Shown piece after piece: positions 1 through 9,589 of a stretch of DNA of 64,000 nucleotides. A model generated the notes under the pieces. It saw nothing but the letters and a program-made list of their open reading frames with translations, ran no database searches and was not told the origin of the DNA. The position numbers and the translations under genes are program-made. The first letter of the stretch is position 1, and every line of letters starts with the position of its first letter. The stretch lies in sequence record MK268344.1, one strand, 5' to 3'.

Positions 1-41
1 TACTGAAGTAGGAAGACAAACTTAATTGGAGACTTATATTA

Positions 42-1787
42 ATGAGTTGGAGAAGACAGATGACAACTGCGAGGTCGAAAGTATCTACCTCCAGTATAGA
101 ACAAAATAAAGCCAGTACTGCTAAAAGTACTGGTTCTAAATCTAACTATGCTTCGTACTTACCAGTTGTTTATACTGGTTTGTCAAACCGCACAGATAGA
201 TATCGTCAATATGAACAAATGGATCAAGACCCTGAAATAAGAACATCACTAGATATTATTGCAGACTTTTGTACTCAAAGTACTGAAGATTTTGGTCTAC
301 CATTTAAAATTAGATATAAAGATAAAATAGGTGATTCAGAAGTAACAACTTTAGAAGATCGTTTGGAATCGTGGGCTGAACAAAACGATTTTAAAACCAG
401 AATTTATGAAATTGTTCGTGGTCTACTAAAATACGGAGATCAGTTCTTTGTACGTGACCCAGAAACAATGGAATGGATTTGGGTAAACCCTGCAAACGTT
501 GAAGGTGTTTTTGTTAACGAAGAAACAGGTAAAAATCCAGTAGCTTATTTTATCCGGGATATTTCTTTTAATATGCGTGATAAAGTAATGTCAAACTTGC
601 AAATTGGTTTTGATAAAATGGCATATCCGGGATCATTACCTAATGCATTGAGTGGTTCTGCTAGTCAATTCGGTGGAATGGGTGGTGGTTATGCTAATGC
701 TGGTAATGCACAAAGTGCTGATCCGTTTAGTATGGCTGCTGGTCGTAAAGATGTTCTTCCTGTAGCGGCAGAACACGTAGTTCACCTAACACTAAATACA
801 GGACAAGATCCAGTGTGGCCTTTTGGTACTAGTATTCTTGAATATGTCTTTAAAGTTTATAAACAAAAAGAACTTCTAGAAGATAGTATCATCATCTATC
901 GTGTACAACGTGCTCCAGAACGCCGTGTATTTAAAATTGATGTTGGTGAAATGCAAACTCACCAAGCAATGGCATATGTTGAAAGATTTAAAAATGAAAT
1001 CCACCAGCGTCGTATACCTTCTAATAAAGGTGGTAGTACTTCATTGATGGATGCAGCTTATAACCCATTAAGTATTTTAGAAGACTATTTCTTCCCTCAA
1101 TCTTCGGAAGGTCGTGGTAGTTCAGTCGAAACTCTACCGGGTGGTGATAACTTGGGTCAAATTGATGACTTGCGTTATTTTAACAATAAATTGATTCGTG
1201 GTTTACAAATTCCAGCTTCATATCTACCACAGGGGCCAGATGATGGCGGGGTGGCTTTATTTGGAGATGGTGCAACCCAAGCAATGACCAGTGAATTGCG
1301 TTTTAACAACCAATGTATGCGTTATCAGCGTTTAATCGCCAAAGTTTTCGATATGGAATTTAAACGTTATATGGTTAAGAATGGTTATAGTATTAGTGCT
1401 TCATCTTTTGAAGTAATCTTTAACCCACCAATTAACTTCGCTTCATATCGTAAAGCAGAATTGGATGCAAAACTAATTAGTACTTACATGTCGCTAGACG
1501 GACTTCCATATATTGCTAAACAAACAATTCTCAAGAAAATGGGCTTTGAACAAAGTGATATTGTTGAGAACGAACAAAACTGGCTCATGGAAAATCCTGA
1601 TGCATTATCATCAGCACAGAGTGGTGAACAGGCAGGATTGAAATCGGTCGGAATCGATGCTCCTAATGATCCGGGAATGGATTTAGGTATGGATGAAGAA
1701 GGTAATATGGAAAGTGCTGATAAAGAATTCCAAGATATGGTTCAAAACGATGATTTTAACCCTAATAATTTAGGCAATTCTTTCTAA
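42..1787 (+). CDS. gp20: Portal protein (T4 gp20-like)
   Basis: 581 aa; motifs EDSIIIYRVQRAPERRVFKIDVG, EDYFFPQ..GRGSSVETLPGG, DLRYFNNKL; first gene of the head module. Confidence 0.95.
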   Translation: MSWRRQMTTARSKVSTSSIEQNKASTAKSTGSKSNYASYLPVVYTGLSNRTDRYRQYEQMDQDPEIRTSLDIIADFCTQSTEDFGLPFKIRYKDKIGDSEVTTLEDRLESWAEQNDFKTRIYEIVRGLLKYGDQFFVRDPETMEWIWVNPANVEGVFVNEETGKNPVAYFIRDISFNMRDKVMSNLQIGFDKMAYPGSLPNALSGSASQFGGMGGGYANAGNAQSADPFSMAAGRKDVLPVAAEHVVHLTLNTGQDPVWPFGTSILEYVFKVYKQKELLEDSIIIYRVQRAPERRVFKIDVGEMQTHQAMAYVERFKNEIHQRRIPSNKGGSTSLMDAAYNPLSILEDYFFPQSSEGRGSSVETLPGGDNLGQIDDLRYFNNKLIRGLQIPASYLPQGPDDGGVALFGDGATQAMTSELRFNNQCMRYQRLIAKVFDMEFKRYMVKNGYSISASSFEVIFNPPINFASYRKAELDAKLISTYMSLDGLPYIAKQTILKKMGFEQSDIVENEQNWLMENPDALSSAQSGEQAGLKSVGIDAPNDPGMDLGMDEEGNMESADKEFQDMVQNDDFNPNNLGNSF

Positions 1788-1840
1788 GACTAAATAACAA
1801 TGATGAGTTCACTTCGACTAAGAAGTGAACACATTAGGAG

Positions 1841-2083
1841 ATGTATATGTTAAATGAACTTTTTGAATCTAGAAATGATTCAATGTACGATCCAGAAGAT
1901 GATCAAACTGTGTATAAGCTAACTGATACACGTAAACCAAAATTAACTTTAAAAGTACTAAACAATTTACGAAAGTATCGTGAATTTAAAGCTAATGAAG
2001 AAGAGAAACGTGCTCAGGTTGTAGCAGTAGTATATGCACCTGCACCTTCTGATGACGGCGGCGATATGGGCGGCTTAATGTAA
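1841..2083 (+). CDS. Small head-assembly (prohead core-like) protein
   Basis: 80 aa between portal and protease; late box ACTAAATA at 1789-1796; LNELFE motif; function inferred from position. Confidence 0.55.
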   Translation: MYMLNELFESRNDSMYDPEDDQTVYKLTDTRKPKLTLKVLNNLRKYREFKANEEEKRAQVVAVVYAPAPSDDGGDMGGLM

Positions 2084-2121
2084 AAAATCCGTTTTTAAAG
2101 CTCTTTTTGAAAACGGATTTT
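2084..2121 (+). terminator. Putative terminator hairpin
   Basis: AAAATCCGTTTT / AAAACGGATTTT. Confidence 0.55.
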
Positions 2122-2128
2122 TAGTACG

Positions 2129-2136
2129 TATAAATA
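2129..2136 (+). promoter_or_regulatory. T4-type late promoter
   Basis: TATAAATA; further NNTAAATA boxes before late genes at 1789, 3051, 7607, 7944, 21613, 36617, 38534, 40846, 41483, 51076, 57815. Confidence 0.8.
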
Positions 2137-2182
2137 ATGACATACTTAATTTAAAAAATTTGTATATCTATTGGAGGATATA

Positions 2183-3049
2183 ATGGCAAATAAAAAACTA
2201 TTGCAAGAAGCAATTCAGGCTTTTGCTAACAACGAACAAGACCTAGCTGCTAAGAAAATGCGTAAGTATTTCCTCGAAGCCGCACAGGAAATTAATAAAA
2301 AACTAGAAGAAGAAATGGAAGAAGAATGCGATCTAAATGAAGCAGACGAAACCGAAGAAGAATGTGAAGAAGTTATCGAAGAAGATATCGACGGAAACAT
2401 GGATTCTGGTCTAACTTCCGAAGTTCAATATCAACTAGGTGAAGAAGATGAATCTGATGAAGAAGAAGTTGACGTTCAAGACCACGATGGTGAAGAAGAA
2501 GTTGATTTTGATTCCGAAGAAGAAGTTGGCGGCGAAGATGTAAATCTATCCGGCGACGAATGGGAATCCATCAAAGATGCATTTGCTGACCTAGAAGCTA
2601 TGTTTGACCGTATTGAAGACGGCGGTGATTTCGAAGTTGATGCTGAAGGTGACGAAATGGGCGATGCTGAAGCAGAAGTTGATTTTGATGCAGATGCTGA
2701 TGGTGAAGATGAATTTGCTGACATTAGTTTCGGTGACGAAAAAGTTGGCGAAGGTTACAAAATGAAACCAGTTAGCAAACCAGCTAATGATGCAGCTAAA
2801 TCCAAATCTCCTGTTGCTCCAAACGCAAAATCTCCAGTAGATGGCGTTGCACCAGTTAAGATCAAAGACGGTACTGTAGTAACTAATGATGGCGAATTGC
2901 TAAAAAATAAAGATGCTGAAACTGCTAAAGTTGAAGACATGAACAACGTAATGGACAGTGCTAAAGGCATGATGAAAGACGCGAAGAAACCAAAAAATAC
3001 TGCGGAAAAATCTCGTTCTCCACTACCTAAATCACAACCAAAATTTTAA
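2183..3049 (+). CDS. Acidic prohead core/scaffold-like protein
   Basis: Very E/D-rich; ATG 2183 follows GGAGG at 2173-2177 (track start 2171 is a TTG); directly upstream of the protease. Confidence 0.65.
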   Translation: MANKKLLQEAIQAFANNEQDLAAKKMRKYFLEAAQEINKKLEEEMEEECDLNEADETEEECEEVIEEDIDGNMDSGLTSEVQYQLGEEDESDEEEVDVQDHDGEEEVDFDSEEEVGGEDVNLSGDEWESIKDAFADLEAMFDRIEDGGDFEVDAEGDEMGDAEAEVDFDADADGEDEFADISFGDEKVGEGYKMKPVSKPANDAAKSKSPVAPNAKSPVDGVAPVKIKDGTVVTNDGELLKNKDAETAKVEDMNNVMDSAKGMMKDAKKPKNTAEKSRSPLPKSQPKF

Positions 3050-3082
3050 TCATAAATAAAAGAAAGAAGGAGATCATACACT

Positions 3083-3706
3083 ATGAGCATGATTAGAGAA
3101 TGGTCTTCATTCAATGATTCTAAAATTGTACTAGAACACCGTGATAACCAATTTGGCGGCAAGGATTGTTACCTACGTGGTATTTCAATCCAAGCCGACC
3201 AACGAAATAAAAACGAACGTATCTATCCTTATGCTGAAATAGCTAAGGCAGTTGAAAATATGGCACAACGTTTACGGAGCGGTGAAAGCATTCTTTGTGA
3301 ATGTGATCACCCCGAAACCCTTACTATTAACCTAGACCGTGTAGCAGCAATGATTACTAAAGTCTGGATGGAAGGTAACAACGGTATGGCTGAAATTAAA
3401 CTTCTTCCTACAGCACAAGGTGAAAATATTCGCAAGATGTTAGAATGCGGTGTTAAATTAGGCGTTAGTTCTCGTGGTTCAGGAAACGTTGATCATAATG
3501 GTATTGTTTCAGATTTTGAAATCGTAACTATTGACATTGTAGCACAACCGAGTGCTCCAGAAGCGTATCCAACTGCGGTGTTTGAATCTCTAATGAGTAA
3601 GTATGGTTCACCTGTTAATGGAAGCAAAAAAGCAATAGTGGAATCTAAATCAGAAAATTGTTTAGAAAACGAAATTCACGCTTTTTTTAAGAAATTAAAA
3701 GGGTAA
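3083..3706 (+). CDS. gp21: Prohead protease (T4 gp21-like)
   Basis: NKNERIYP, ECDHPE, KLGVSSRGSG, DIVAQPSAPEA motifs. Confidence 0.95.
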   Translation: MSMIREWSSFNDSKIVLEHRDNQFGGKDCYLRGISIQADQRNKNERIYPYAEIAKAVENMAQRLRSGESILCECDHPETLTINLDRVAAMITKVWMEGNNGMAEIKLLPTAQGENIRKMLECGVKLGVSSRGSGNVDHNGIVSDFEIVTIDIVAQPSAPEAYPTAVFESLMSKYGSPVNGSKKAIVESKSENCLENEIHAFFKKLKG

Positions 3707-3717
3707 CAAAATAAATT

Positions 3718-3725
3718 TATAAATA
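3718..3725 (+). promoter_or_regulatory. T4-type late promoter (scaffold)
   Basis: TATAAATA. Confidence 0.8.
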
Positions 3726-3772
3726 TTTGTACATCAAAAGTACGAATGTTAAGTACTTTACAGGAGATTATA

Positions 3773-4891
3773 ATGTCTAAATTAGATAAGTTTCTAAAAG
3801 AATCATCTCTTTCTGATGAAGCGAAACAGCTAATTCAGGAAGCATGGAATGAAGAAAAACAAGCAGTCGCCGCAGAAATGCGTGAAGAAATGAAAGGACG
3901 TTATCAAGAAGATCTAGCTCGTCTAACCGAAGGTCTAGATAAAATGGTAACTGGTCTAATCGCTGAAGAAATGGGTGCAGTTTACGACGAAAAAGCAAAA
4001 CTCGTTGAAGACCGTGTAACACTACGTAAAACCCTAGCAAACTTCGGTAGCTTCGCAAACGGTGTACTCGCTGAAGAAGTTAAACAAATGCGTAACGAGA
4101 CTAAACTCGTTAAAGAAAGTCTAGATAAATTCGCAGGATTCAGTAATCGTATCCTAGCAGAAGAACTAAAAGACTTCCACCATGAGAAACGTCAGTTGGT
4201 TGAAACTCGTGTTAAACTAATTGCTGAAGGTTCACAAAAAATTAATGAAGCTCGTCAGAGTGTAATTAAACGTATTACTGAAACTTCCGCTCAATATATT
4301 GCTGAGACTACTCACAATAACCTAAAAGAGCTAAAAACAGAACTACGTGAAGCACGTCAGAATATGTTTGGTCGTAAAATTTTCGAAGCATTTGCTAACG
4401 AATTCTATAGCAACCAATACAAAGAAAATTCAATTCTACGTTCTCTAAACGAATCTATTAAACAGAAAGAAAAAGAAGTTATCGAATTTAAAGAAAAACT
4501 TCAAGAATCTCAAGCTCAAGCAGAAGCTGCTCAAAAGAAAATGCGTATCATGGAAGATACTCATGCTCGTTCAGCTATCATCTCAGAGCTAGTGAAACCT
4601 CTTACTGTTCAACAGAAACAAATTATGGAATCACTACTTCAAGCTACTCCTACCGAGAAACTTAAAGACGATTTCATGAAGTACCATAAGTCTGTACTAA
4701 AAGGTACTATCAATGAATCTGCTGCTAAAACCAGCCGCCCAGCAGTTAATACAAAGGCTAAAAGTACTCTCACTGAAGGTATCGTCGTAACTGGCAACCG
4801 TGAAGGTATCATTAAAGAAAGTGAACTTGATTCCGACGATCTAGATTTCCTAAAATCTCTAGAACGTAATGCAGGAATCCACAAAAAATAA
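3773..4891 (+). CDS. gp22: Prohead scaffold protein (T4 gp22-like)
   Basis: Coiled-coil, E/K-rich protein between protease and capsid genes; ATG 3773 after AGGAG. Confidence 0.85.
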   Translation: MSKLDKFLKESSLSDEAKQLIQEAWNEEKQAVAAEMREEMKGRYQEDLARLTEGLDKMVTGLIAEEMGAVYDEKAKLVEDRVTLRKTLANFGSFANGVLAEEVKQMRNETKLVKESLDKFAGFSNRILAEELKDFHHEKRQLVETRVKLIAEGSQKINEARQSVIKRITETSAQYIAETTHNNLKELKTELREARQNMFGRKIFEAFANEFYSNQYKENSILRSLNESIKQKEKEVIEFKEKLQESQAQAEAAQKKMRIMEDTHARSAIISELVKPLTVQQKQIMESLLQATPTEKLKDDFMKYHKSVLKGTINESAAKTSRPAVNTKAKSTLTEGIVVTGNREGIIKESELDSDDLDFLKSLERNAGIHKK

Positions 4892-4919
4892 ACATTTTTA
4901 ATAAGCTATTTTTTTCAGG

Positions 4920-4927
4920 CATAAATA
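4920..4927 (+). promoter_or_regulatory. T4-type late promoter (capsid)
   Basis: CATAAATA. Confidence 0.75.
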
Positions 4928-4972
4928 ATAACATACTGAAAAACGAAAAAACATCTTTTAAGGAGATATATA

Positions 4973-6148
4973 ATGTCACAACTATTAACTGAATCCAAAT
5001 GGGCAGCAGTAAAAGAAAAACTAACTGAAGGTCTAAAAGATAACCGTAAAACCGTTATGGAAGCTGTTCTAGAAAACCACCGTAAAGTAATGCTACGTGA
5101 AAGTGCTTCTCAAGGTGCAACTTCTGCTGGTAACATCGCAACACTAAACAAAGTAATTCTACCAATTATGCGTCGTGTTATGCCTACCGTTATCGCTAAC
5201 GAAATTATCGGTGTTCAACCTATGACTGGCCCTGTTGGTCAAATCCACACCCTACGTGTTCAATATGCTGACAACGCACCGGGCGTTATCGCTGGTGAAG
5301 AAGCACTATCCCCATACAAAATCGCTAAGTCCTATACTGGTGATGTTAATGGCGATAACGAAAATCCACGTGCTGCTCCTACTAGCCAACTAGAAGGTAC
5401 TATGGGTCGTCGCGTCAACATCCGTATCCTACGTGAAACCGTTGAAGCGAAATCTCGTCGTCTATCTGCTCGCTGGACTGTTGAATCTGCACAAGATGCT
5501 CAATCTCAACACGGTATCGACGTAGAAGCTGAACTAATGGCTGCTATCGCTCAAGAAGTTACCACTGAAATCGACCAAGAGCTACTACACAAACTACGTG
5601 CTCTACCGGGTGCCGCTGCTGTAACTTATGACCAATCTAAAGTTACTGGTGTTGCTACCTTTGTTGGTGACGAACACGCTGCTCTAGCTACTCTAATTAA
5701 CCGTCAAGCAAACGAAGTTGCTCGTCGTACTAAGCGTGGTGCTGCGAATTGGGCTGTTGTTTCTCCAACTGCACTAACTATTCTACAATCTGCTACCACT
5801 TCTAGCTTCGCTCGTACCACTGAAGGTACATTCGATGCTCCAACTAACGTTAAGTTTGTTGGTGTACTTAACAGTACTATGAAGATCTACGTTGATACCT
5901 ATGCTGATGATAGTACCGATGTATTGATTGGTTATAAAGGTAATGCAGAAACTGATGCTGGTGTATTCTATTGCCCGTACATCCCACTAATGGCATCTGG
6001 TACTGTAATGGATCCAAATACCGGGGAACTCGTAACGACATTTCTTACAAGATATGGCTACGTTCAGCTTACTGACAGTACTTCATCTCTCGGTAACGCT
6101 GCTGACTACTTCAGCAAAATTGCAATCCGCAACGTAACCTTCATGTAA
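4973..6148 (+). CDS. gp23: Major capsid protein (T4 gp23-like)
   Basis: IIGVQPMTGPVGQIHTLR, VEAKSRRLSARWT, AQEVTTEIDQE, FYCPYIPL, TRYG motifs; strong codon bias; late box at 4920. Confidence 0.97.
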   Translation: MSQLLTESKWAAVKEKLTEGLKDNRKTVMEAVLENHRKVMLRESASQGATSAGNIATLNKVILPIMRRVMPTVIANEIIGVQPMTGPVGQIHTLRVQYADNAPGVIAGEEALSPYKIAKSYTGDVNGDNENPRAAPTSQLEGTMGRRVNIRILRETVEAKSRRLSARWTVESAQDAQSQHGIDVEAELMAAIAQEVTTEIDQELLHKLRALPGAAAVTYDQSKVTGVATFVGDEHAALATLINRQANEVARRTKRGAANWAVVSPTALTILQSATTSSFARTTEGTFDAPTNVKFVGVLNSTMKIYVDTYADDSTDVLIGYKGNAETDAGVFYCPYIPLMASGTVMDPNTGELVTTFLTRYGYVQLTDSTSSLGNAADYFSKIAIRNVTFM

Positions 6149-6194
6149 TTAAAGTAGAAGTAATTTGATTCAAAAATTAATATAAAAACATTAA

Positions 6195-6226
6195 AAAAGG
6201 GACTCTTGACGAGTCCCTTTTCTTTT
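6195..6226 (+). terminator. Intrinsic terminator after the capsid gene
   Basis: AAAAGGGACTC-ttgac-GAGTCCCTTTT plus T-tract. Confidence 0.85.
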
Positions 6227-6234
6227 GCTATAAT
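6206..6234 (+). promoter_or_regulatory. Canonical sigma70 promoter of the endonuclease
   Basis: TTGACG-17-TATAAT with TG extension. Confidence 0.8.
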
Positions 6235-6248
6235 TCTTTATATTTTTT

Positions 6249-7178
6249 ATGGAGAGAATAATCTTGAATAAGAATGCACAACATTTTATCAATAGGGTTA
6301 ATGAAAAGTACGGAAAAGGTGTATACACCTTTGATAAACTTGATTATATCAACGCACACACAAAAGTTAAACTCTTTTGTGTAAGTGGACAGCATTACTT
6401 TACTATTGCTCCTATGCATATGGTATCTAAAAGCTCAAAGGGATGCAATAAGTGTCAAAAAAACACTGCATACACAACCGAAGAGTTTGTCGAGAAAATT
6501 TCTAAACTATACCCAACTCTTACCTTTGAGAAAACTGTGTATAAAACACAACGTAGCGGTAATGTTATTGTTACTTGTCATGCCGATCCAACTGATGTTC
6601 ATGATTGGGAAGTTGCGGCACATACTTTAATAAAAGGTAAAACTCAATGTGGTATTTGTTCTGGGAAAAGTGGTCGCACACCTGAACAATTTGTTAAAGA
6701 AGCCAGAAAAGTACATGGGGATAAGTATAATTATCCACACCCATATAAAAATAGTATGAAAAATATTGATATTGAATGTCCAATTGATGGTCATGGAATC
6801 TTTTCACAAAGCCCCAAAGCACACCTCGCTGGTCGTGGATGCCCCAAATGTGGAAAATATGGATATCAACCCTCACAACCCGGATATTTTTATGTTCAAA
6901 AGTTAGAATCTGATGATAAAGTACTGTACAAGTACGGAATTACCGGTGATATGGATCGTAGGATTACCGAACAGTCAAGAAATTCAGTTTTCAACCACAC
7001 AATTTTAGTAGAAAGGTACTTTGAAGATGGCAAAAAACCTTTAGTACTGGAAAAGTTCTTAAAAACTTACATCGAAAGCGGTGTTGCTACTCCAGATGAG
7101 CTACAATCTGGTTTTACTGAGACATTTGATGCCAAATACTTAGAAGTAGTTTTAGAAATTGTAAATAATTTCAAATAG
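6249..7178 (+). CDS. Free-standing putative homing endonuclease (three Cys/His zinc repeats plus C-terminal GIY-YIG-like domain)
   Basis: Three C..H...CxxC repeats (GCNKC, QCGIC, GCPKC) then YFYVQKL..LYKYGIT; own sigma70 promoter; TAG stop; sits right after the capsid gene. Confidence 0.75.
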   Translation: MERIILNKNAQHFINRVNEKYGKGVYTFDKLDYINAHTKVKLFCVSGQHYFTIAPMHMVSKSSKGCNKCQKNTAYTTEEFVEKISKLYPTLTFEKTVYKTQRSGNVIVTCHADPTDVHDWEVAAHTLIKGKTQCGICSGKSGRTPEQFVKEARKVHGDKYNYPHPYKNSMKNIDIECPIDGHGIFSQSPKAHLAGRGCPKCGKYGYQPSQPGYFYVQKLESDDKVLYKYGITGDMDRRITEQSRNSVFNHTILVERYFEDGKKPLVLEKFLKTYIESGVATPDELQSGFTETFDAKYLEVVLEIVNNFK

Positions 7179-7203
7179 CCCCTATAAAGAGGATAAAAAG
7201 AAT

Positions 7204-7608
7204 ATGAGAGTCAAGGATGACATGATAGTAACGGTATACAAGTTTCCGAATCAGGGATTCTACCCTAATATTGAGGGTGGATTTGACATGTATATAGATA
7301 TGTACACTGAAGTTGCTTTTTGTGAGGCATTACAGCAGTTGTACGTTAGTATAGAAGCGGTAAAGTACTTAAAATCTCAATACGTAGCTGACATTCTCAA
7401 AGTTGAGAGTGAAGAAATGCTTTACAAGGATTACGTACAGATGTATAAAGACAAGTTGAATGCGAAGTTCCCGGATGCACCCGTACTAGCTACAATAGAG
7501 TTAGATGCTGCTGGTAGGCCGAAGCCTGAGCTACCGGATCATTTAAAGCCCACGGATAATTTTGCAAAATTGCGAACAGCGGGGTTAAATTTCACAATTC
7601 AGAGATAA
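7204..7608 (+). CDS. Hypothetical protein
   Basis: 134-aa ORF with AGAGGA RBS. Confidence 0.7.
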   Translation: MRVKDDMIVTVYKFPNQGFYPNIEGGFDMYIDMYTEVAFCEALQQLYVSIEAVKYLKSQYVADILKVESEEMLYKDYVQMYKDKLNAKFPDAPVLATIELDAAGRPKPELPDHLKPTDNFAKLRTAGLNFTIQR

Positions 7609-7636
7609 TAAATACTTCCAATGATACGGAGGTAAT

Positions 7637-7945
7637 ATGTCTCAAATTTGTTATGTAATCACGAATCCTGCATGGCCTGAATGGGTAAAAATTGGATTCA
7701 CATCTAAATCGGAAATGAAAACACGTTTAAGTACTTATCAAACTGGAACACCTTTCCGGGATTTTGAAGTATATCATGAAGTACACTTTGATGATGCTAA
7801 GGAAGCGGAGAAAGAGGTACATAAGCGTTTAAAGCAAATGAACGCTACAAGGAGTCCCGGTACGGAATGGTTTAAGATGCCGAAGAAATTAGCTGCTAAC
7901 ATGATAGATGGAGTAGCAGACGACTTAGAGAATGGACTTCTATAA
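7637..7945 (+). CDS. T5orf172-type GIY-YIG domain protein
   Basis: CYVITNPAWPEWVKIGFT..RLSTYQTGTP..EAEKEVHKRL; RBS GGAGG. Confidence 0.8.
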   Translation: MSQICYVITNPAWPEWVKIGFTSKSEMKTRLSTYQTGTPFRDFEVYHEVHFDDAKEAEKEVHKRLKQMNATRSPGTEWFKMPKKLAANMIDGVADDLENGLL

Positions 7946-7984
7946 TAAATATCATTATAGTAATAAACATAAAAGGATTTATAA

Positions 7985-9580
7985 ATGAGTATTAGTTTTA
8001 ATCATCCTAAGAATACGGTGACTAGTACTGGATCATTGAATTTAATTGTAACTACAGGTAACCCTACTTCACCACAACCAATTAGATTTAATGCCACATC
8101 AGTAATTATGCCAGTACGTGCATTGCCATCAGGTGAAGCAGGTGCTATGGTGTTTGATACTGGTACTAAAACCATGAAATATCATAATGGCTTGAGTTGG
8201 GTAGAAATGCTCGGTCAAGATACGATTTTACAACCGATTTATACAGAAATCAACAATATTAATCAAAAGTTAGGTACTAAAGTAGATAGTGTAACCTATA
8301 ACTCAGGATCAGTTCCACAAGCATCTATTAGTGGTACACAATTAAGTATCACATTCCCTATTTCTAGTGGCGGTAGTACTGGCAGTAATGGTTTGTTTTC
8401 TTTATCTAAACAAAGCAGTATTCAAATGTACGCATTGTCTGATGGTATGTCTGCTGCTACTATACGTGAACAGATGAGTGGTAAGAGTGGTGGACAAAAT
8501 GGAAGAAACGGTTCACAAAGTTCACCATTCATTTCTAATGATGGTTGGTGTTTTGCTGATGGAATGTGGTGGACATGGGAAGGTGAAAGTGGTACAGTAA
8601 CTCAACGAGTACCAAATTTGAATCAACAAGCATACCTTAAACCAATGTCAGTTAGTGGTACGATACAAATTGGTTCTGTTATTGCATCATCTGCTGCAAT
8701 CGGAGGAACTTCGTTAACAATCGCACAGTTACCACCTCACAGCTTTAATGTTAGTGGACAAACTGATGCTGCTGGTGATCACGTTCATACTTTCCCACTA
8801 TCAAACCAAAGATCAGGTACTGGTTGGGCTGATGGTGCGACACCAAACAGATATGATGGTGATGGTAGAACTAATAATGGTGGGATTCACATACACACAT
8901 TCCAAGGAACTACTAATACTTTAGGTTCTGGTCAGCCTCATAGTCACACCATTAGTAACTTGGATGTAAACCACTTTAATGTAGCTATAATTTATAATAT
9001 TGCAACTCCTAGTTTTGCATTGAATGAATCTGCTGCTAATGGAAAATATGTATTAAAAACAGGTGATACCATGACAGGTTCATTAACTATTGCAACTGCT
9101 GCAACCATAAAAGGTAACGATTCGAATCTTACAATGTCATGGCGTAATAGTTCTAATGCTGAACGTGCTATGATTTATCATAGTTCGACAAACAATACAC
9201 TTCGTTTCCGTTCCAATGGCGGTACTGAAATGACATTAACACAGAGTGGTGTATTATCTATTAATAGTTTAACATCTAATACGTTAAACGTATCTGCAAA
9301 TAACGCTGTTGTTGCGGGTAAAAATATTGCACGATCTATTAATGGTGTTGGTGCTGATGCTAATGGTAATATTTCTTTACCATCAGGAAATAATATTACA
9401 GATATGAAATTGGGTAAAAGATTCACTGATGGTGTAGCTGAGAATATAGTTAGAAATGGTCATGTAATGACTGGATGGGCAAATGGTAACAAGAAAGAAT
9501 TACGTGGTGCCTCGTATTGGGTGGCCCCACTATATTACTATAGCAATGGACAGTGGAACCTTATTTCAAATGACCCATAA
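7985..9580 (+). CDS. Tail fibre-like structural protein
   Basis: G/S/T-rich; LTIAQLPPHSF, HxH repeats (HVH, HIH, HSH), YVLKTGDTMTG; followed by a fibre chaperone; late box at 7944. Confidence 0.75.
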   Translation: MSISFNHPKNTVTSTGSLNLIVTTGNPTSPQPIRFNATSVIMPVRALPSGEAGAMVFDTGTKTMKYHNGLSWVEMLGQDTILQPIYTEINNINQKLGTKVDSVTYNSGSVPQASISGTQLSITFPISSGGSTGSNGLFSLSKQSSIQMYALSDGMSAATIREQMSGKSGGQNGRNGSQSSPFISNDGWCFADGMWWTWEGESGTVTQRVPNLNQQAYLKPMSVSGTIQIGSVIASSAAIGGTSLTIAQLPPHSFNVSGQTDAAGDHVHTFPLSNQRSGTGWADGATPNRYDGDGRTNNGGIHIHTFQGTTNTLGSGQPHSHTISNLDVNHFNVAIIYNIATPSFALNESAANGKYVLKTGDTMTGSLTIATAATIKGNDSNLTMSWRNSSNAERAMIYHSSTNNTLRFRSNGGTEMTLTQSGVLSINSLTSNTLNVSANNAVVAGKNIARSINGVGADANGNISLPSGNNITDMKLGKRFTDGVAENIVRNGHVMTGWANGNKKELRGASYWVAPLYYYSNGQWNLISNDP

Positions 9581-9589
9581 GGATAAAAT

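Noticed and set aside
2215-2970. Antisense and nested ORFs in the track (e.g. 2215-2400, 2476-2724, 3777-4058, 17210-18142 +, 38708-39202)
   Set aside because: They are shadows of codon-biased genes on the other strand or frame, Ser-rich, with no RBS or promoter support.
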